Source of the DNA: Chloroflexia bacterium
GTDB lineage: Bacteria > Chloroflexota > Chloroflexia > Thermomicrobiales > CADCWN01
Assembly: GCA_039810045.1 (NCBI GenBank)
Contig: JBDHWF010000004.1
Location: 810 to 64,809 of the forward strand
Direction: 5' to 3'
DNA length: 64,000 bases
In this document: positions 43,769 to 53,286 of the stretch, piece after piece
Layout of the letters: the number at the start of each line of letters is the position of its first letter
Numbering within the stretch: the first letter of the stretch is position 1
Program-made: the position numbers and the translations under genes
The notes under the pieces: model-generated
The model's input: the letters and a program-made list of their open reading frames with translations, nothing else
Databases searched by the model: none
What the model was told of the DNA's origin: nothing

Positions 43769-44675
43769 AGCCCCAGCCCCCCAGCAGGAAATAGACCAGC
43801 ACTAGCAGGAGGGCTACCCCTAGTAGGAGCAACAACATCATGGCGGTCGCCTGCCCAAAGCGCAGTGAGCCAAAGGCGACGTTATAGATATGCAACGGCA
43901 GAAACAGGGTTGCGTAATAGGGATCGCCCCCAGTCATCAAGAGCGCGGGAGTAAACGTACCCTGTGCACTCAGCATAATATCGCGCAACGTGTTCAGCAG
44001 CAGCCACGGCGACAGAAGCGGCAGTGTGATCGTCCAAAAAACGCGCCAGCGCCCCCCGCCATCAATCGCCGCAGCATCGTAGAGTTCGTGCGGAATATCT
44101 TTCAGCCCTGCCAGCAAGACGACAAAGCCTTCTCCCAGCTGAAACGAAGACATCAGCACGATTGCCAGCAACGCCGTTTTCGGATCGACCAGCCAGGCCG
44201 GGGCGGGTAACCCCACCGCCCGCAGGACGCTGTTCAGTGGCCCATAGATCGGGTTGAAGATCCAGAGCCAGAGCAAGGCATACGGCACATCAGGGATCAC
44301 AGTGGGGAGGTAGACCGCCGCCCGATAGATCGCCACGCCGCGCCGCTGCTGTGACAGCAGCAACGCCAACGCCAGCGCCCCCACAAGCCGCAAAGGAACC
44401 GCCAGCAGCACAAAGACAAACGAATTACGCACGGCGATCCGAAAGAGCGGATCGCGAAAGACGACCTGAAAGTTTTCGAAGCCGATCCAGACGGGCGGTG
44501 TCAGGGCGTCGTAGCGGGCAAACGCAAAGACTCCTGCAAAAAGTGCGGGCAGCGCGATGAGCACCGTTACGCCAAGCAGATAGGGACTCAGCATAAAGCC
44601 AAGCCCCAGCCGATAGCTCGATTGTCGCGCCAGTGCTCCCATGTATGGTCGATTCCTCAGTCCACTGCCGCGCAT
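43752..44675 (-). CDS. Carbohydrate ABC transporter permease
   Basis: 307 aa. DAAAIDGGGRWRVFWTITLPLLSP EAA loop (MalF type). 17-nt overlap with the downstream permease. The start is uncertain (alternative ATG 44642). Confidence 0.85.
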   Translation of the reverse strand: MRGSGLRNRPYMGALARQSSYRLGLGFMLSPYLLGVTVLIALPALFAGVFAFARYDALTPPVWIGFENFQVVFRDPLFRIAVRNSFVFVLLAVPLRLVGALALALLLSQQRRGVAIYRAAVYLPTVIPDVPYALLWLWIFNPIYGPLNSVLRAVGLPAPAWLVDPKTALLAIVLMSSFQLGEGFVVLLAGLKDIPHELYDAAAIDGGGRWRVFWTITLPLLSPWLLLNTLRDIMLSAQGTFTPALLMTGGDPYYATLFLPLHIYNVAFGSLRFGQATAMMLLLLLGVALLLVLVYFLLGGWGYDDDL

Positions 44676-44782
44676 CCTCCTGGTAGGTCAGCCAGCGCGG
44701 GGATAGTTGCATCGACCTATTGTAGTCGCAGGCGGTGGTTGTCGCGAACCACCACCTACGACGACCCAACGCTGAGCAGTTT

Positions 44783-46294
44783 TTAGGGCTTGAACAGTTC
44801 GGCAGTGCGACTCTGCGCCACGCTGATCGCTTCAGTCACCGTCGCTTGCCCATAGAAGGCCCGCTTCAGTTCGTTATTGACGATCCCCTCGATCTGCTCC
44901 GTCGTATCAATATTGATCGTCGGGCGAATCACGGGAATCGCGTTGAGGTAGACGCGGCTATTCGCAGGTTTCGCGTTTGGGTCAAGGAAGACTGGCGTTT
45001 CGGCAATCGCCTTAATCGAAGGCACTGTGCGCCCAGTCTCGGCAATAAAGGTCTGCCCTTCTGCGGAATTGGCATATTCCATAAAGGAGAAGGCCGCCGC
45101 TTTATTCTTACTGGCCGCCATCAACAGATAAGCATCGGAGTGGAGGATTGAGGCGCGGGACTTGCCAGCAGGCAGCGGCGCGACATCCCAATCAAACGCC
45201 TTGATCGTGCGTAAGGTTGGCACGGCCCGCCGACTATCAAACCACATCGCACTGCGCCCATTCAGGAACCGCGCTTCATCATCCTCGGCAGCCACCTGCA
45301 CGGCATCAGGCACCACTTTGTGCTGCGTCTGCAAGTTAATAAACCACTGGATCGCCTCGATTGATTCAGGCCGATCAAAGGTGAGTTTCGTCGGGGTTGC
45401 CAGATTATCGACAATATCGCCGCCATTCTGCCAGATGAACGGAGCCACCCGGATCATCTCGGGAGAAAGCCCTACCCCATATTGCTCGGTGCCTTTGGTC
45501 AGGCTGCGGGCAGCATTCAGAAAATCCTCCCACTTCCAATCGTCTTTCGGGAACGCCACGCCCGCTTGCTGGAACAGTTGCTTGTTGTAATAGATCACCA
45601 GGCTGGAAGCATTTTGCGGAATCCCGACCAGTTGCCCACCACGCATAAAGGCAGTGACGACTTCGGGGAAGAATGACGATGGTTGCAAGGCGCTGCTTGC
45701 TGCCAGGTATGGGGCAACTGGCTCAAACGCCCCACGCGCCGCAAAGGCCCCGAATCGCCGATAGTTCATCAGCGTAATATCAGGGGGCGTACCCGCCGCC
45801 AGGTCGGCAGTGAGCCGCTTGGTGTAATCGCTGGCACTTGGGATATGCGATAGCGTGACCTTAACCTGCGACTGGCGGCCATTGAACGCATTGACGATCT
45901 TCGTATAGGCATCTTTCTCCGCCGTATCGCCGGAGACCGCAAAGGTGACTGCGCCCGCCGCGCTCGGTGTACCAACCGCACCTGGTGTAGCTCCAGCAGC
46001 CCTGGTGACTGTCGCACCGGCGCTGGCAGTCCCTGGGGTGCCAACAGTCGCCGTAGTACCACGCGTTGCCGTGGCCCCACCCGCCGCTACCGTATTGGTT
46101 GCTGCTGCCGTCGTTGGGGCAGCGGCAGTACTGGGACTTGGCAGGGGTGCCGTTGTTGGCGTCGAGGTTGCGCCGCCACACGCGGCCAGCCAGCCAGTGA
46201 TTGCCGCACCACCCAACCCTACAGTGGCATAGCGCAAAAACTCACGTCGTCGTAATTGCCGTCGTTGGCTGAGGTCCTTCACATCGTCGTTCAA
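44783..46294 (-). CDS. ABC transporter extracellular solute-binding protein (family 1), Tat signal plus lipobox
   Basis: RRREFLRY twin-arginine motif and lipobox LAAC. A long Ala/Thr/Gly-rich linker is followed by a sugar-SBP-like body. Confidence 0.85.
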   Translation of the reverse strand: MNDDVKDLSQRRQLRRREFLRYATVGLGGAAITGWLAACGGATSTPTTAPLPSPSTAAAPTTAAATNTVAAGGATATRGTTATVGTPGTASAGATVTRAAGATPGAVGTPSAAGAVTFAVSGDTAEKDAYTKIVNAFNGRQSQVKVTLSHIPSASDYTKRLTADLAAGTPPDITLMNYRRFGAFAARGAFEPVAPYLAASSALQPSSFFPEVVTAFMRGGQLVGIPQNASSLVIYYNKQLFQQAGVAFPKDDWKWEDFLNAARSLTKGTEQYGVGLSPEMIRVAPFIWQNGGDIVDNLATPTKLTFDRPESIEAIQWFINLQTQHKVVPDAVQVAAEDDEARFLNGRSAMWFDSRRAVPTLRTIKAFDWDVAPLPAGKSRASILHSDAYLLMAASKNKAAAFSFMEYANSAEGQTFIAETGRTVPSIKAIAETPVFLDPNAKPANSRVYLNAIPVIRPTINIDTTEQIEGIVNNELKRAFYGQATVTEAISVAQSRTAELFKP

Positions 46295-46502
46295 GGCCCA
46301 ATCTCCCCTTTAATTTTCCCCGATACCCCTTGGAATACTACGACAGGGAAGTACGCCAAACCTGCCCATAGCACTCACAAACCATACTGCCAGGTACAGG
46401 CAGCGTCCGTCAGGGTAGCAAAGTAGACAGATTGATGCAAAGCCGCTAGGCTACGCGCAGTGCATTACCACAGGAAAACAGACCAACCAGACTGAGGACA
46501 AT

Positions 46503-47777
46503 GTGGGCCGGGCGACTGATCAGGAGATAGCACCACCAGCCCAGGCCGCACCACGCTGGCAATTTGGCACGTCAGCGTTATTTGCGCAGCCTGCCTATCG
46601 CCGACTCTGGGTTACTGGTCTCTGCTATTACCATGCCTACATGGCTGAAATCGTCATTGCCGGGTGGACCGTCCTGCAACTGACTGGCTCGGCCTTCGCA
46701 GTTGGCCTGATCGGCTTCTCACGAATGTTACCGATGTTGATCCTGGGAGTCGTCTTAGGTTCACTGGCTGACCGCTTTCGGGGGCATCTGCTCCTCACCG
46801 CAGTACAGGTGGTGGGATTCTGCACCACCCTCACTATCGCCATCCTGTTCAGGATCGGGCCAGTCCCACTCTGGCAGCTTGCTACCCTGACCGGGCTGCT
46901 GGGCTGTGCCTGGACCTGCGACTTTGCTGTGCGGCGGGCGCTGATTACCCAACTGCAAGAACCAGCGCAAATTAGCAAGGCAATGGCGTTGGAATCGGTC
47001 ACGATGCTGACCAGCAAAGTGGGGGCAACAGCACTGAGCGGTTGGCTGCTCGCCATCAGTGGCCCAAGCCTCGCCTATGGCTGGCTGGCCGTCGTCTACG
47101 GCATCGGGATTCTCGTCACCTTACGCCTGCGTGGCGTGGCAGCCACCTTACCTGGTGAGCCCCCAGCCGCCGTTGCCCTGATCACGCTGATTCGCACTGG
47201 CTGGACCACAGCAGTTGGCACGCCGATTGTCCGCGCCTTACTGCTGATCACGGTCGTGATGAATCTCTGTGTTTTCTGCTATCAGCAAATCATCGCCGTG
47301 ATCGCCGAGCAGATCTTGCAGGTTGGCCCCGTGCCAATGGGGATCCTCGCGGGCGCCGATGGGATTGGGGCAGTCATCGCCGCATCAATCCTGATGACGC
47401 GGGCGCGCCCGCTGCATCATGGCCTGGTCTTTCTCGGTGGGGCGACTGGTGCAGCCATGCTGGTGATCGTGCTTGGCCTTTCGCACTTCTACGCCCTCTC
47501 GCTCGCCGTACAGGTCGTGATGGGTGTCTGCTCCACCTGCTTCGGCGCGATGCAGGCGACGATCATTGCTGGTGCAATTGCGCCCGCGCTCAGGGCGCGG
47601 GCGCTGGGAATTCTGGCGATGGCGATTGGCGTAACCCCCTTCGGGATTTTGCTCTCAGGAGCCCTTAGCAGCGTTGTTGGCCCAGTGACCACGTTGGTCA
47701 GCCTGGGCATCACCGCGCTGCTCCTCAACGCGATCGTGATCGGGCGGAATCGCACCCTGGTACAGGCAATACCCTAG
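46503..47777 (+). CDS. MFS transporter
   Basis: 424 aa with 12 hydrophobic segments. LADRFRG loop. GTG start with GAGGA 4 nt upstream. Confidence 0.75.
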   Translation: MGRATDQEIAPPAQAAPRWQFGTSALFAQPAYRRLWVTGLCYYHAYMAEIVIAGWTVLQLTGSAFAVGLIGFSRMLPMLILGVVLGSLADRFRGHLLLTAVQVVGFCTTLTIAILFRIGPVPLWQLATLTGLLGCAWTCDFAVRRALITQLQEPAQISKAMALESVTMLTSKVGATALSGWLLAISGPSLAYGWLAVVYGIGILVTLRLRGVAATLPGEPPAAVALITLIRTGWTTAVGTPIVRALLLITVVMNLCVFCYQQIIAVIAEQILQVGPVPMGILAGADGIGAVIAASILMTRARPLHHGLVFLGGATGAAMLVIVLGLSHFYALSLAVQVVMGVCSTCFGAMQATIIAGAIAPALRARALGILAMAIGVTPFGILLSGALSSVVGPVTTLVSLGITALLLNAIVIGRNRTLVQAIP

Positions 47778-49627
47778 CGGTTCAAGACTTTCCGCGTCAG
47801 GAAATCATCGACCCGTTTAGCGTCATCCACCAGCGTGGCAAACCGCCGCCAGCCGTGGCCTTCACCGGGGTAAGTGTGATACTCAACATCTTTCCCCGCC
47901 CGCTTCAGCGCATCAAACATCATCGCCATCTGACTGGGGTGGCAGACAATATCTTCCTCACCTTGCAAGATCAGCACTGGCTCGCGCACATCAGTCACGA
48001 ACGTGATGGGGCTGCGATCGCGGTACAACTCACTGTTGTCCCCACCCTGTGGCCCCATCAGCTTGGCAATGTAATGTCGCTCAAAGATCCAGGTCTTGTC
48101 GGTGAAACTCGCGAGTTCGGCAATCCCAAAACGACAAACGCCAGCGCGGAAAAACTCTGGCGCTTTCGTGATGCAGATCAGCGTGCCATAGCCACCAGCA
48201 CTGCCGCCCATCGCAATGACTTTGCGGCGGTCAGCCAGGCCGCGCTTTAGCACAAACTTTGCACCAGAGATATGGTCCTGCAAGTCACCACCACCCCAAT
48301 CACCGTAGAGCTTCTCCATAAAGGCACGACCGTAACCCAGGCTACCGCGATAATTCGGCGAGAGTACCTGATAACCACGGCTGACCAGATATTGCACATT
48401 ACTCGCGCCGCGCCAATCTTGCATCGACTGTCCGACTGGGCCACCGTGGATATTGATGATCAGCGGGTGTTGTCCGGGCTGTTGCTCGCGCGGGGTAAAG
48501 AGCAAGCCCTGAATAGGCAGACCATCGGTACTCTGCCACTCAACGACTTCTGGCTGCACCAGGCCACCCCCAAGAACTCCGCCAGTGGCACTGTGTGTGA
48601 GTTGGCTTTGCTCGCCCGTACGCACGTTGACCACGTAGAGGTCATTGGGCTTCGTAGAAGAGGAAAAGACGCCCACCAACCGCTCATCATCGAGCCAGCT
48701 CAGTTCAGCCCAGACCCCCACTGCACTGGTAATCTGGCGCGTTTGGCCGTCTTCCCAGCACCAGATCTGACAGGCCCCCTGCTCGTTGCGGGTATAGGCG
48801 ATCTGGCGGCCATTCGGCGACCAGGCAGGGGTTTGATGGCGGTTATTCTCCGTTACCAGTCGTCGCGCATTGCTGCCATCGGCTTCAATTACCCAGAGGT
48901 TCGCAAAGTCACTATCGCGGTCGGAAACATAGGCGATCTGCCGCCCATCGGGTGACCAAACATGATCAGCATTGATTACCCGTGTGCCACCGGCGATCAC
49001 GCGCAGTGCGCCACTCTCAGGATCGGCGACAACTAATGCCCGCTCATCCCACGGCATATCGTAGTGCGGCCACTGCCCATAGAGCAGCGAGCGCCCATCA
49101 GGCGACCAGCGCGGTTGCAAGACATACTCATCGCCCTGACTGATCGTGCGATACCAACGGCCAGCAAGATCGGCCACCAGAATATCACCCTGCTCACCCC
49201 GTTCCGCAACGTAGGCCACCCGGCTGCCATCTGGTGCAACAGCCGGAGAATGGTGCGACCCTGGCCCTTCGTCAACGGCTCGCGACAAGCCGCCAGCAGC
49301 ATCGACGATCCGTAGCTTGCCATCGCCCCCGGCGGCGTAGATGACTTCGCGGCTATCAGGCGTCCAGGCGATGGCGGAGGCGTGCCGCTGATTAGGGTCG
49401 GCACCCTGCAACGTGACCTGATCAGTCAGTTGCCGCGCTGGTCCCCCATTTGCCTCAACCACCCAAAGATCGTTCCGCCCATCGTAGCCACGACTGTAGG
49501 CGATCAGGCGGCCATCAGGCGATGGTCGCGGCGTAGAAATTGTTGGCACCGCCGCGATCGCTTCCGGGGTGACTAATGACGGCCAGCGACCGGGCATCCC
49601 GCTCCAATGATCCGCAGCAGTTGGCAT
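47774..49627 (-). CDS. S9-family serine peptidase (prolyl oligopeptidase/acylaminoacyl peptidase) with N-terminal beta-propeller
   Basis: TolB-like repeats (..PDGR.IAY..). Nucleophile motif GGSAGGY. The C-terminal ..GEGHG.. provides the His. ATG 49627 has AAAGGAG 5 nt upstream. Confidence 0.85.
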   Translation of the reverse strand: MPTAADHWSGMPGRWPSLVTPEAIAAVPTISTPRPSPDGRLIAYSRGYDGRNDLWVVEANGGPARQLTDQVTLQGADPNQRHASAIAWTPDSREVIYAAGGDGKLRIVDAAGGLSRAVDEGPGSHHSPAVAPDGSRVAYVAERGEQGDILVADLAGRWYRTISQGDEYVLQPRWSPDGRSLLYGQWPHYDMPWDERALVVADPESGALRVIAGGTRVINADHVWSPDGRQIAYVSDRDSDFANLWVIEADGSNARRLVTENNRHQTPAWSPNGRQIAYTRNEQGACQIWCWEDGQTRQITSAVGVWAELSWLDDERLVGVFSSSTKPNDLYVVNVRTGEQSQLTHSATGGVLGGGLVQPEVVEWQSTDGLPIQGLLFTPREQQPGQHPLIINIHGGPVGQSMQDWRGASNVQYLVSRGYQVLSPNYRGSLGYGRAFMEKLYGDWGGGDLQDHISGAKFVLKRGLADRRKVIAMGGSAGGYGTLICITKAPEFFRAGVCRFGIAELASFTDKTWIFERHYIAKLMGPQGGDNSELYRDRSPITFVTDVREPVLILQGEEDIVCHPSQMAMMFDALKRAGKDVEYHTYPGEGHGWRRFATLVDDAKRVDDFLTRKVLNR

Positions 49628-49731
49628 AGCCGCTCCTTTCTGTTTGAGCATACAACACTCCGCAGCGCACTCTACCACTGCTCAGGCAATCGTCAAGAAT
49701 CACCGCGTGACCGGGTCAAGGATCACAAACA

Positions 49732-49759
49732 TTGCTCGATCTTGGCACTCGTGTACAAT
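49732..49759 (+). promoter_or_regulatory. Promoter TTGCTC-N16-TACAAT
   Basis: -35 at 49732-49737 (this is the track's TTG start) and -10 at 49754-49759. Confidence 0.5.
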
Positions 49760-49824
49760 GCACTGGTCGGACCACTGAACAGTTGGTTGTACTAACCAAC
49801 CACCACTGGAAGGGAGTAACGAGG

Positions 49825-50499
49825 ATGGCAGTTGACCTCACACCAGATCAGATCGACGCCTTACGCCGGATCGATAGCCCCACCATCGCCAACGCGATTG
49901 AGACCTTCAAGGTACGGCCACGGGTCGATGGGTATGTGGGGATGGATATCAAGTGCATCTACCCGAACCTGCCGCCAATGGTCGGCTATGCGATCACCTG
50001 CACCGCCGATAGCACCACCGAGGGCCGCGTCGGGATTGGCTTCAACGAACTCTACAAGATCCTGGAGAACGCACCGAAGCCAGCTGTGATCGTGATTAAA
50101 GATGTTGGTAACAATATCTCGCACTCCTGCCACGCTGGCGAAGTCATGTCCACCACGATGAAGCGCCTCGGCGCAGTCGGGATTCTCACCGATGGTGGCC
50201 TGCGCGACGTGAAAGAAGTGGGCAACCTGGGCGGTTTCCACTACTTCTGCACGGGATTAGTGGTCTCCCACGGCAACCCCATTTGCGTCAGCGTTGGCGA
50301 TGAAGTCGAAATCTCTGGGATGAAGGTGAAGACCGGCGACCTGCTCCACGGCGACGTCAATGGGGTCGTACACATCCCCGACGAATGCGCCGCAGAAGTC
50401 GCCCAGGCGGCCCACGAGACATGGATTCGCGAAGGCGAAGTGATGCGTGGTGTTGCCAGCCCAGACTACTCACCAAATGGCGAGGAGTTGAAGCACTAG
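49825..50499 (+). CDS. RraA-family protein (HMG/CHA aldolase-like), paralogue 2
   Basis: About 224 aa from ATG 49825 (MAVDLTPDQIDALRRIDSPTIANAIE), with a GAGG SD. GILTDGGLRD core. Confidence 0.8.
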   Translation: MAVDLTPDQIDALRRIDSPTIANAIETFKVRPRVDGYVGMDIKCIYPNLPPMVGYAITCTADSTTEGRVGIGFNELYKILENAPKPAVIVIKDVGNNISHSCHAGEVMSTTMKRLGAVGILTDGGLRDVKEVGNLGGFHYFCTGLVVSHGNPICVSVGDEVEISGMKVKTGDLLHGDVNGVVHIPDECAAEVAQAAHETWIREGEVMRGVASPDYSPNGEELKH

Positions 50500-50575
50500 G
50501 TTCGCCACACAGACCGCAGAACCAATGGGCCAGGGAGAAGATCTCCCTGGCCCATTCGCTAAAGACTACGAGTGG

Positions 50576-52003
50576 TTATATCAATAACGTGTTGTGCAGA
50601 ATGATGCTTGCAACGGTGAAATAGATAATCAGGCCGGTAACGTCAACAAGGGTAGCAACGAATGGCGCTGAAGCGCTGGCAGGGTCAAATCCAGCCCGCC
50701 GCAACACAAACGGCAAGAGTGAACCAGCCAGCGTACCAAATAAAACGACACCGATCAGGCTACAGCCCACGGTAAGGGCAACCAACAGGTAATGCTCGCC
50801 ATAGTTGCTCCACCCGATTGCCTGCCAAGTCAAAATCCGTACCACCCCAATCGTCCCCAGGATCAGCCCCAGGGCCAGACCAGTTGGTAGCTCACGAACG
50901 AAGATACGCCACCAATCGCGCAGGCGTACTTCTTGCAGTGCCATCGCCCGAATGATCAACGAAGTCGCCTGCGAGCCAGAGTTGCCACCACTACTGATGA
51001 TCAATGGCACGAATAACGCCAGTACTACCGCTTTAGCAATCTCATCCTCGAAATACCCCATTGCGGTCGCCGTCAGCATCTCACCGAGAAAGAGCGCCGC
51101 CAACCACCCCGCCCGCTTGCGGATCATTGCCAGCAAGCCCGTTTGCATATAGGGCGTATCCAGGGCCTCCATCCCACCCATCTTCTGAAAGTCTTCCGTT
51201 GCTTCTTCCTGGGCGACATCAAGCACATCGTCGGCAGTGACAATCCCCAGCAAAAGGCCGTCAGAATCAATTACCGGGAGCGCCACGCGATCATAATGCT
51301 CCATCGCGCGCACCGCTTCTTCGCGGTCATCAGTTGCCCGCAAAGCCACATAGCTATCGTCCATCAACGAATCAACTGTGGCGTTGGGATCGGCCAGCAC
51401 AAAAACCCGCAAACTGAGATCGTCGATCAGATGACCTGCAGCATCAATGATATAAATCGCATCAAGCGTCTCGGCGTTATGCCCATACCGTCGGATATGC
51501 GCCAACGCCTCGGCGACCGTCCCATCAGCTCGTACCCGCACAAAGTCGGGCGTCATCAGCCGCCCGACGCTTTCCTCTGGATACCCCAGTAACTGCCGCA
51601 CCTCAGCCAGATCGGCTGGGGATAATGTCGTCAGCAGGCGTTGCGTCACATTCGCGGGCAACTCAGCCAGCAACGACGTGCGATCATCAGGGGGCAATGA
51701 CGCGAGCAACTCCCGCGTCTGCGCCCCGGTGAGATCCTGGAGCAGGGCCTCCTGCCGTTCTGGCTCCAGGTGACCGAAGACTTCACTTGCCTGGGCGCGT
51801 GGCAAGGCCCGAAAGATAATCGACCGCGTGGGTGGATCGAAACGGTCGAGGAAATCGGCGATATCAGGCGGCGCATAATGCTCCATCCGTTTGCCGAGGA
51901 TCGCCCACTGCTGTACCGAGAGCAGTGACTGCAACTCGGTCTCCATCAACGCCTGCACATCGTTGGTCTGGTTCAGCACTGCATCACCATCCTTCCCTGG
52001 CAA
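50576..52003 (-). CDS. mgtE: Magnesium transporter MgtE
   Basis: MgtE N-domain, tandem CBS region, and the C-terminal TM domain with PLIISSGGNSGSQ and FVATLVDVTGLIIYF. The start is uncertain (TTG 52003, or the internal GTG/ATG). Confidence 0.9.
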   Translation of the reverse strand: MPGKDGDAVLNQTNDVQALMETELQSLLSVQQWAILGKRMEHYAPPDIADFLDRFDPPTRSIIFRALPRAQASEVFGHLEPERQEALLQDLTGAQTRELLASLPPDDRTSLLAELPANVTQRLLTTLSPADLAEVRQLLGYPEESVGRLMTPDFVRVRADGTVAEALAHIRRYGHNAETLDAIYIIDAAGHLIDDLSLRVFVLADPNATVDSLMDDSYVALRATDDREEAVRAMEHYDRVALPVIDSDGLLLGIVTADDVLDVAQEEATEDFQKMGGMEALDTPYMQTGLLAMIRKRAGWLAALFLGEMLTATAMGYFEDEIAKAVVLALFVPLIISSGGNSGSQATSLIIRAMALQEVRLRDWWRIFVRELPTGLALGLILGTIGVVRILTWQAIGWSNYGEHYLLVALTVGCSLIGVVLFGTLAGSLLPFVLRRAGFDPASASAPFVATLVDVTGLIIYFTVASIILHNTLLI

Positions 52004-52399
52004 CCAACAGTGTCGATTGCCACCACGTTGTCAGGAGGCTCCGTATCAAGACCGCACACCCCATAGCACCCAGCCATGTAACATCGCGTCAAGGCAGGGG
52101 TAATCAGCGCGTTACTACTCATCACAAGCAGCGCGTCATGTCAGGGAGTAATGTTGTCCTGTCCAGGGCCTCCTGCCGTTGCTCAAAAGCGACGGGAAGG
52201 AATAGGGATGGTAAGAAAATTCCCTCGCCGGGCGGCGAGAGAGCAGGAATCGATAGTCAGCCTGCCCGTATTACTCGCCGCCGCCTTCCCGGCGCCTGCT
52301 ACTAGGGTAGGGACTATCCATTCGTGACAAACTCCTACGAGGCCAAATCGTTCCTGTAGACACAGGAAGGGACAATGCCGCGCATCATCACCACTCTGT

Positions 52400-52429
52400 A
52401 CTATACCAAGCCCGTTCTCACAGCGTCAA
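52400..52429 (-). promoter_or_regulatory. Promoter TTGACG-N18-TGgTATAGT (minus strand)
   Basis: The reverse complement of 52424-52429 is TTGACG and that of 52400-52405 is TATAGT, with TG at the extended -10 position. The predicted TSS is about 52393, roughly 390 nt upstream of mgtE. Confidence 0.55.
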
Positions 52430-52472
52430 CGGATAACCCGCCGGAAAATAGGTAGCCCTGCTAGTACGCTCT

Positions 52473-52501
52473 CCCGACTGATCGGTCAAGGATGCTACAA
52501 T
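52473..52501 (+). promoter_or_regulatory. Extended -10 promoter (TGcTACAAT) for moaD-moaE
   Basis: TG at 52493-52494 and TACAAT at 52496-52501, with a weak -35. It overlaps the track's ATG 52492, which supports the downstream start 52552. Confidence 0.45.
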
Positions 52502-52551
52502 CTGCCAAGCTGTGTGCAGCAACTGCCCCAATTGGCAATGGAGAAGGACTG

Positions 52552-53286
52552 ATGAAGATTACCCTGCGGTACTTTGCCCTCTGGCGTGAACAACTTGGCT
52601 GTGAGGTCGAGATACGCGAGGTGGCCCCTGGCACGACGGTAAACACCCTGATCGACGCAGTGGTAGTCAACCAGCCACAACTAGCGGCGCTCCGCCCCGC
52701 CACGATGTTCATGGTCAACCAGGAATATGCACCGCTGAGCCAGCCACTGCACGATGGCGACGAGGTTGCCGTCATTCCGCCAGTCAGTGGCGGCAGCCCA
52801 ACAGGCGTGCGCCTCTGTAAGGTGGTCGATACCCCGCTCGATGTGCGTGAGGTGATTCAGGCGGTCAGTAACTCCGCATCTGGCGCGGTTGTCTCATTCA
52901 CTGGTACCGTGCGCGACCATTCACTCGGCAAAGAAGTGGTGGCATTGGACTACGAAGCGTATCCTGCGGCAGCGGAAAAGATGATGCGGCAGGTCGCCGA
53001 CGAAATTGCTGAACGGTGGGGGATTCAGCATTTCGCGATCATTCACCGCGTCGGTCATCTTGTTGTCGGTGAGGCAAGCGTCGTGATTGCGGTCGCCTCG
53101 GCACATCGGCACGAAGCATTTGCCGCCTGCGAGTATGTCATTGTTCGCCTGAAAGAGATTGTCCCCATCTGGAAAAAAGAAGCCTACACTGATGGCGCAA
53201 CCTGGATCGGCAGCGAAGCGAATTACCCCCGAGGACACCGCGAAACACAAGAAGAAACGGCATTGAAGGAGGAAAACCAGCGATGA
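52552..53286 (+). CDS. moaDE: Fused MoaD-MoaE molybdopterin synthase (small and large subunit in one ORF)
   Basis: Residues 1-81 form a MoaD/ThiS fold ending in ..VIPPVSGG (GG codons at 52789-52794). A MoaE body (..SGAVVSFTGTVRD.., ..HRVGHLVVGEASVVIAV.., ..PIWKKE..) follows immediately. SD GGAGAAGGA. Confidence 0.85.
   Translation: MKITLRYFALWREQLGCEVEIREVAPGTTVNTLIDAVVVNQPQLAALRPATMFMVNQEYAPLSQPLHDGDEVAVIPPVSGGSPTGVRLCKVVDTPLDVREVIQAVSNSASGAVVSFTGTVRDHSLGKEVVALDYEAYPAAAEKMMRQVADEIAERWGIQHFAIIHRVGHLVVGEASVVIAVASAHRHEAFAACEYVIVRLKEIVPIWKKEAYTDGATWIGSEANYPRGHRETQEETALKEENQR

Noticed and set aside
52375-52455. 26-codon plus-strand sORF (MPRIITTLYYTKPVLTASTDNPPENR) preceded by AGGAAGGGA.
   Set aside because: The SD spacing is too short (2-3 nt). 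No upstream plus-strand promoter was found. It overlaps the strong minus-strand mgtE promoter, so it is probably fortuitous.
52004-52495. Canonical M-box (minus strand, mgtE) or Moco riboswitch (plus strand, moaDE) in the 548-bp gap.
   Set aside because: By eye I cannot find GUUAGGUGAGGC or the other M-box blocks, nor the CCGAGCC-type Moco core, on either strand. I therefore do not annotate a known riboswitch class. I report the leader as unexplained pending cmscan.
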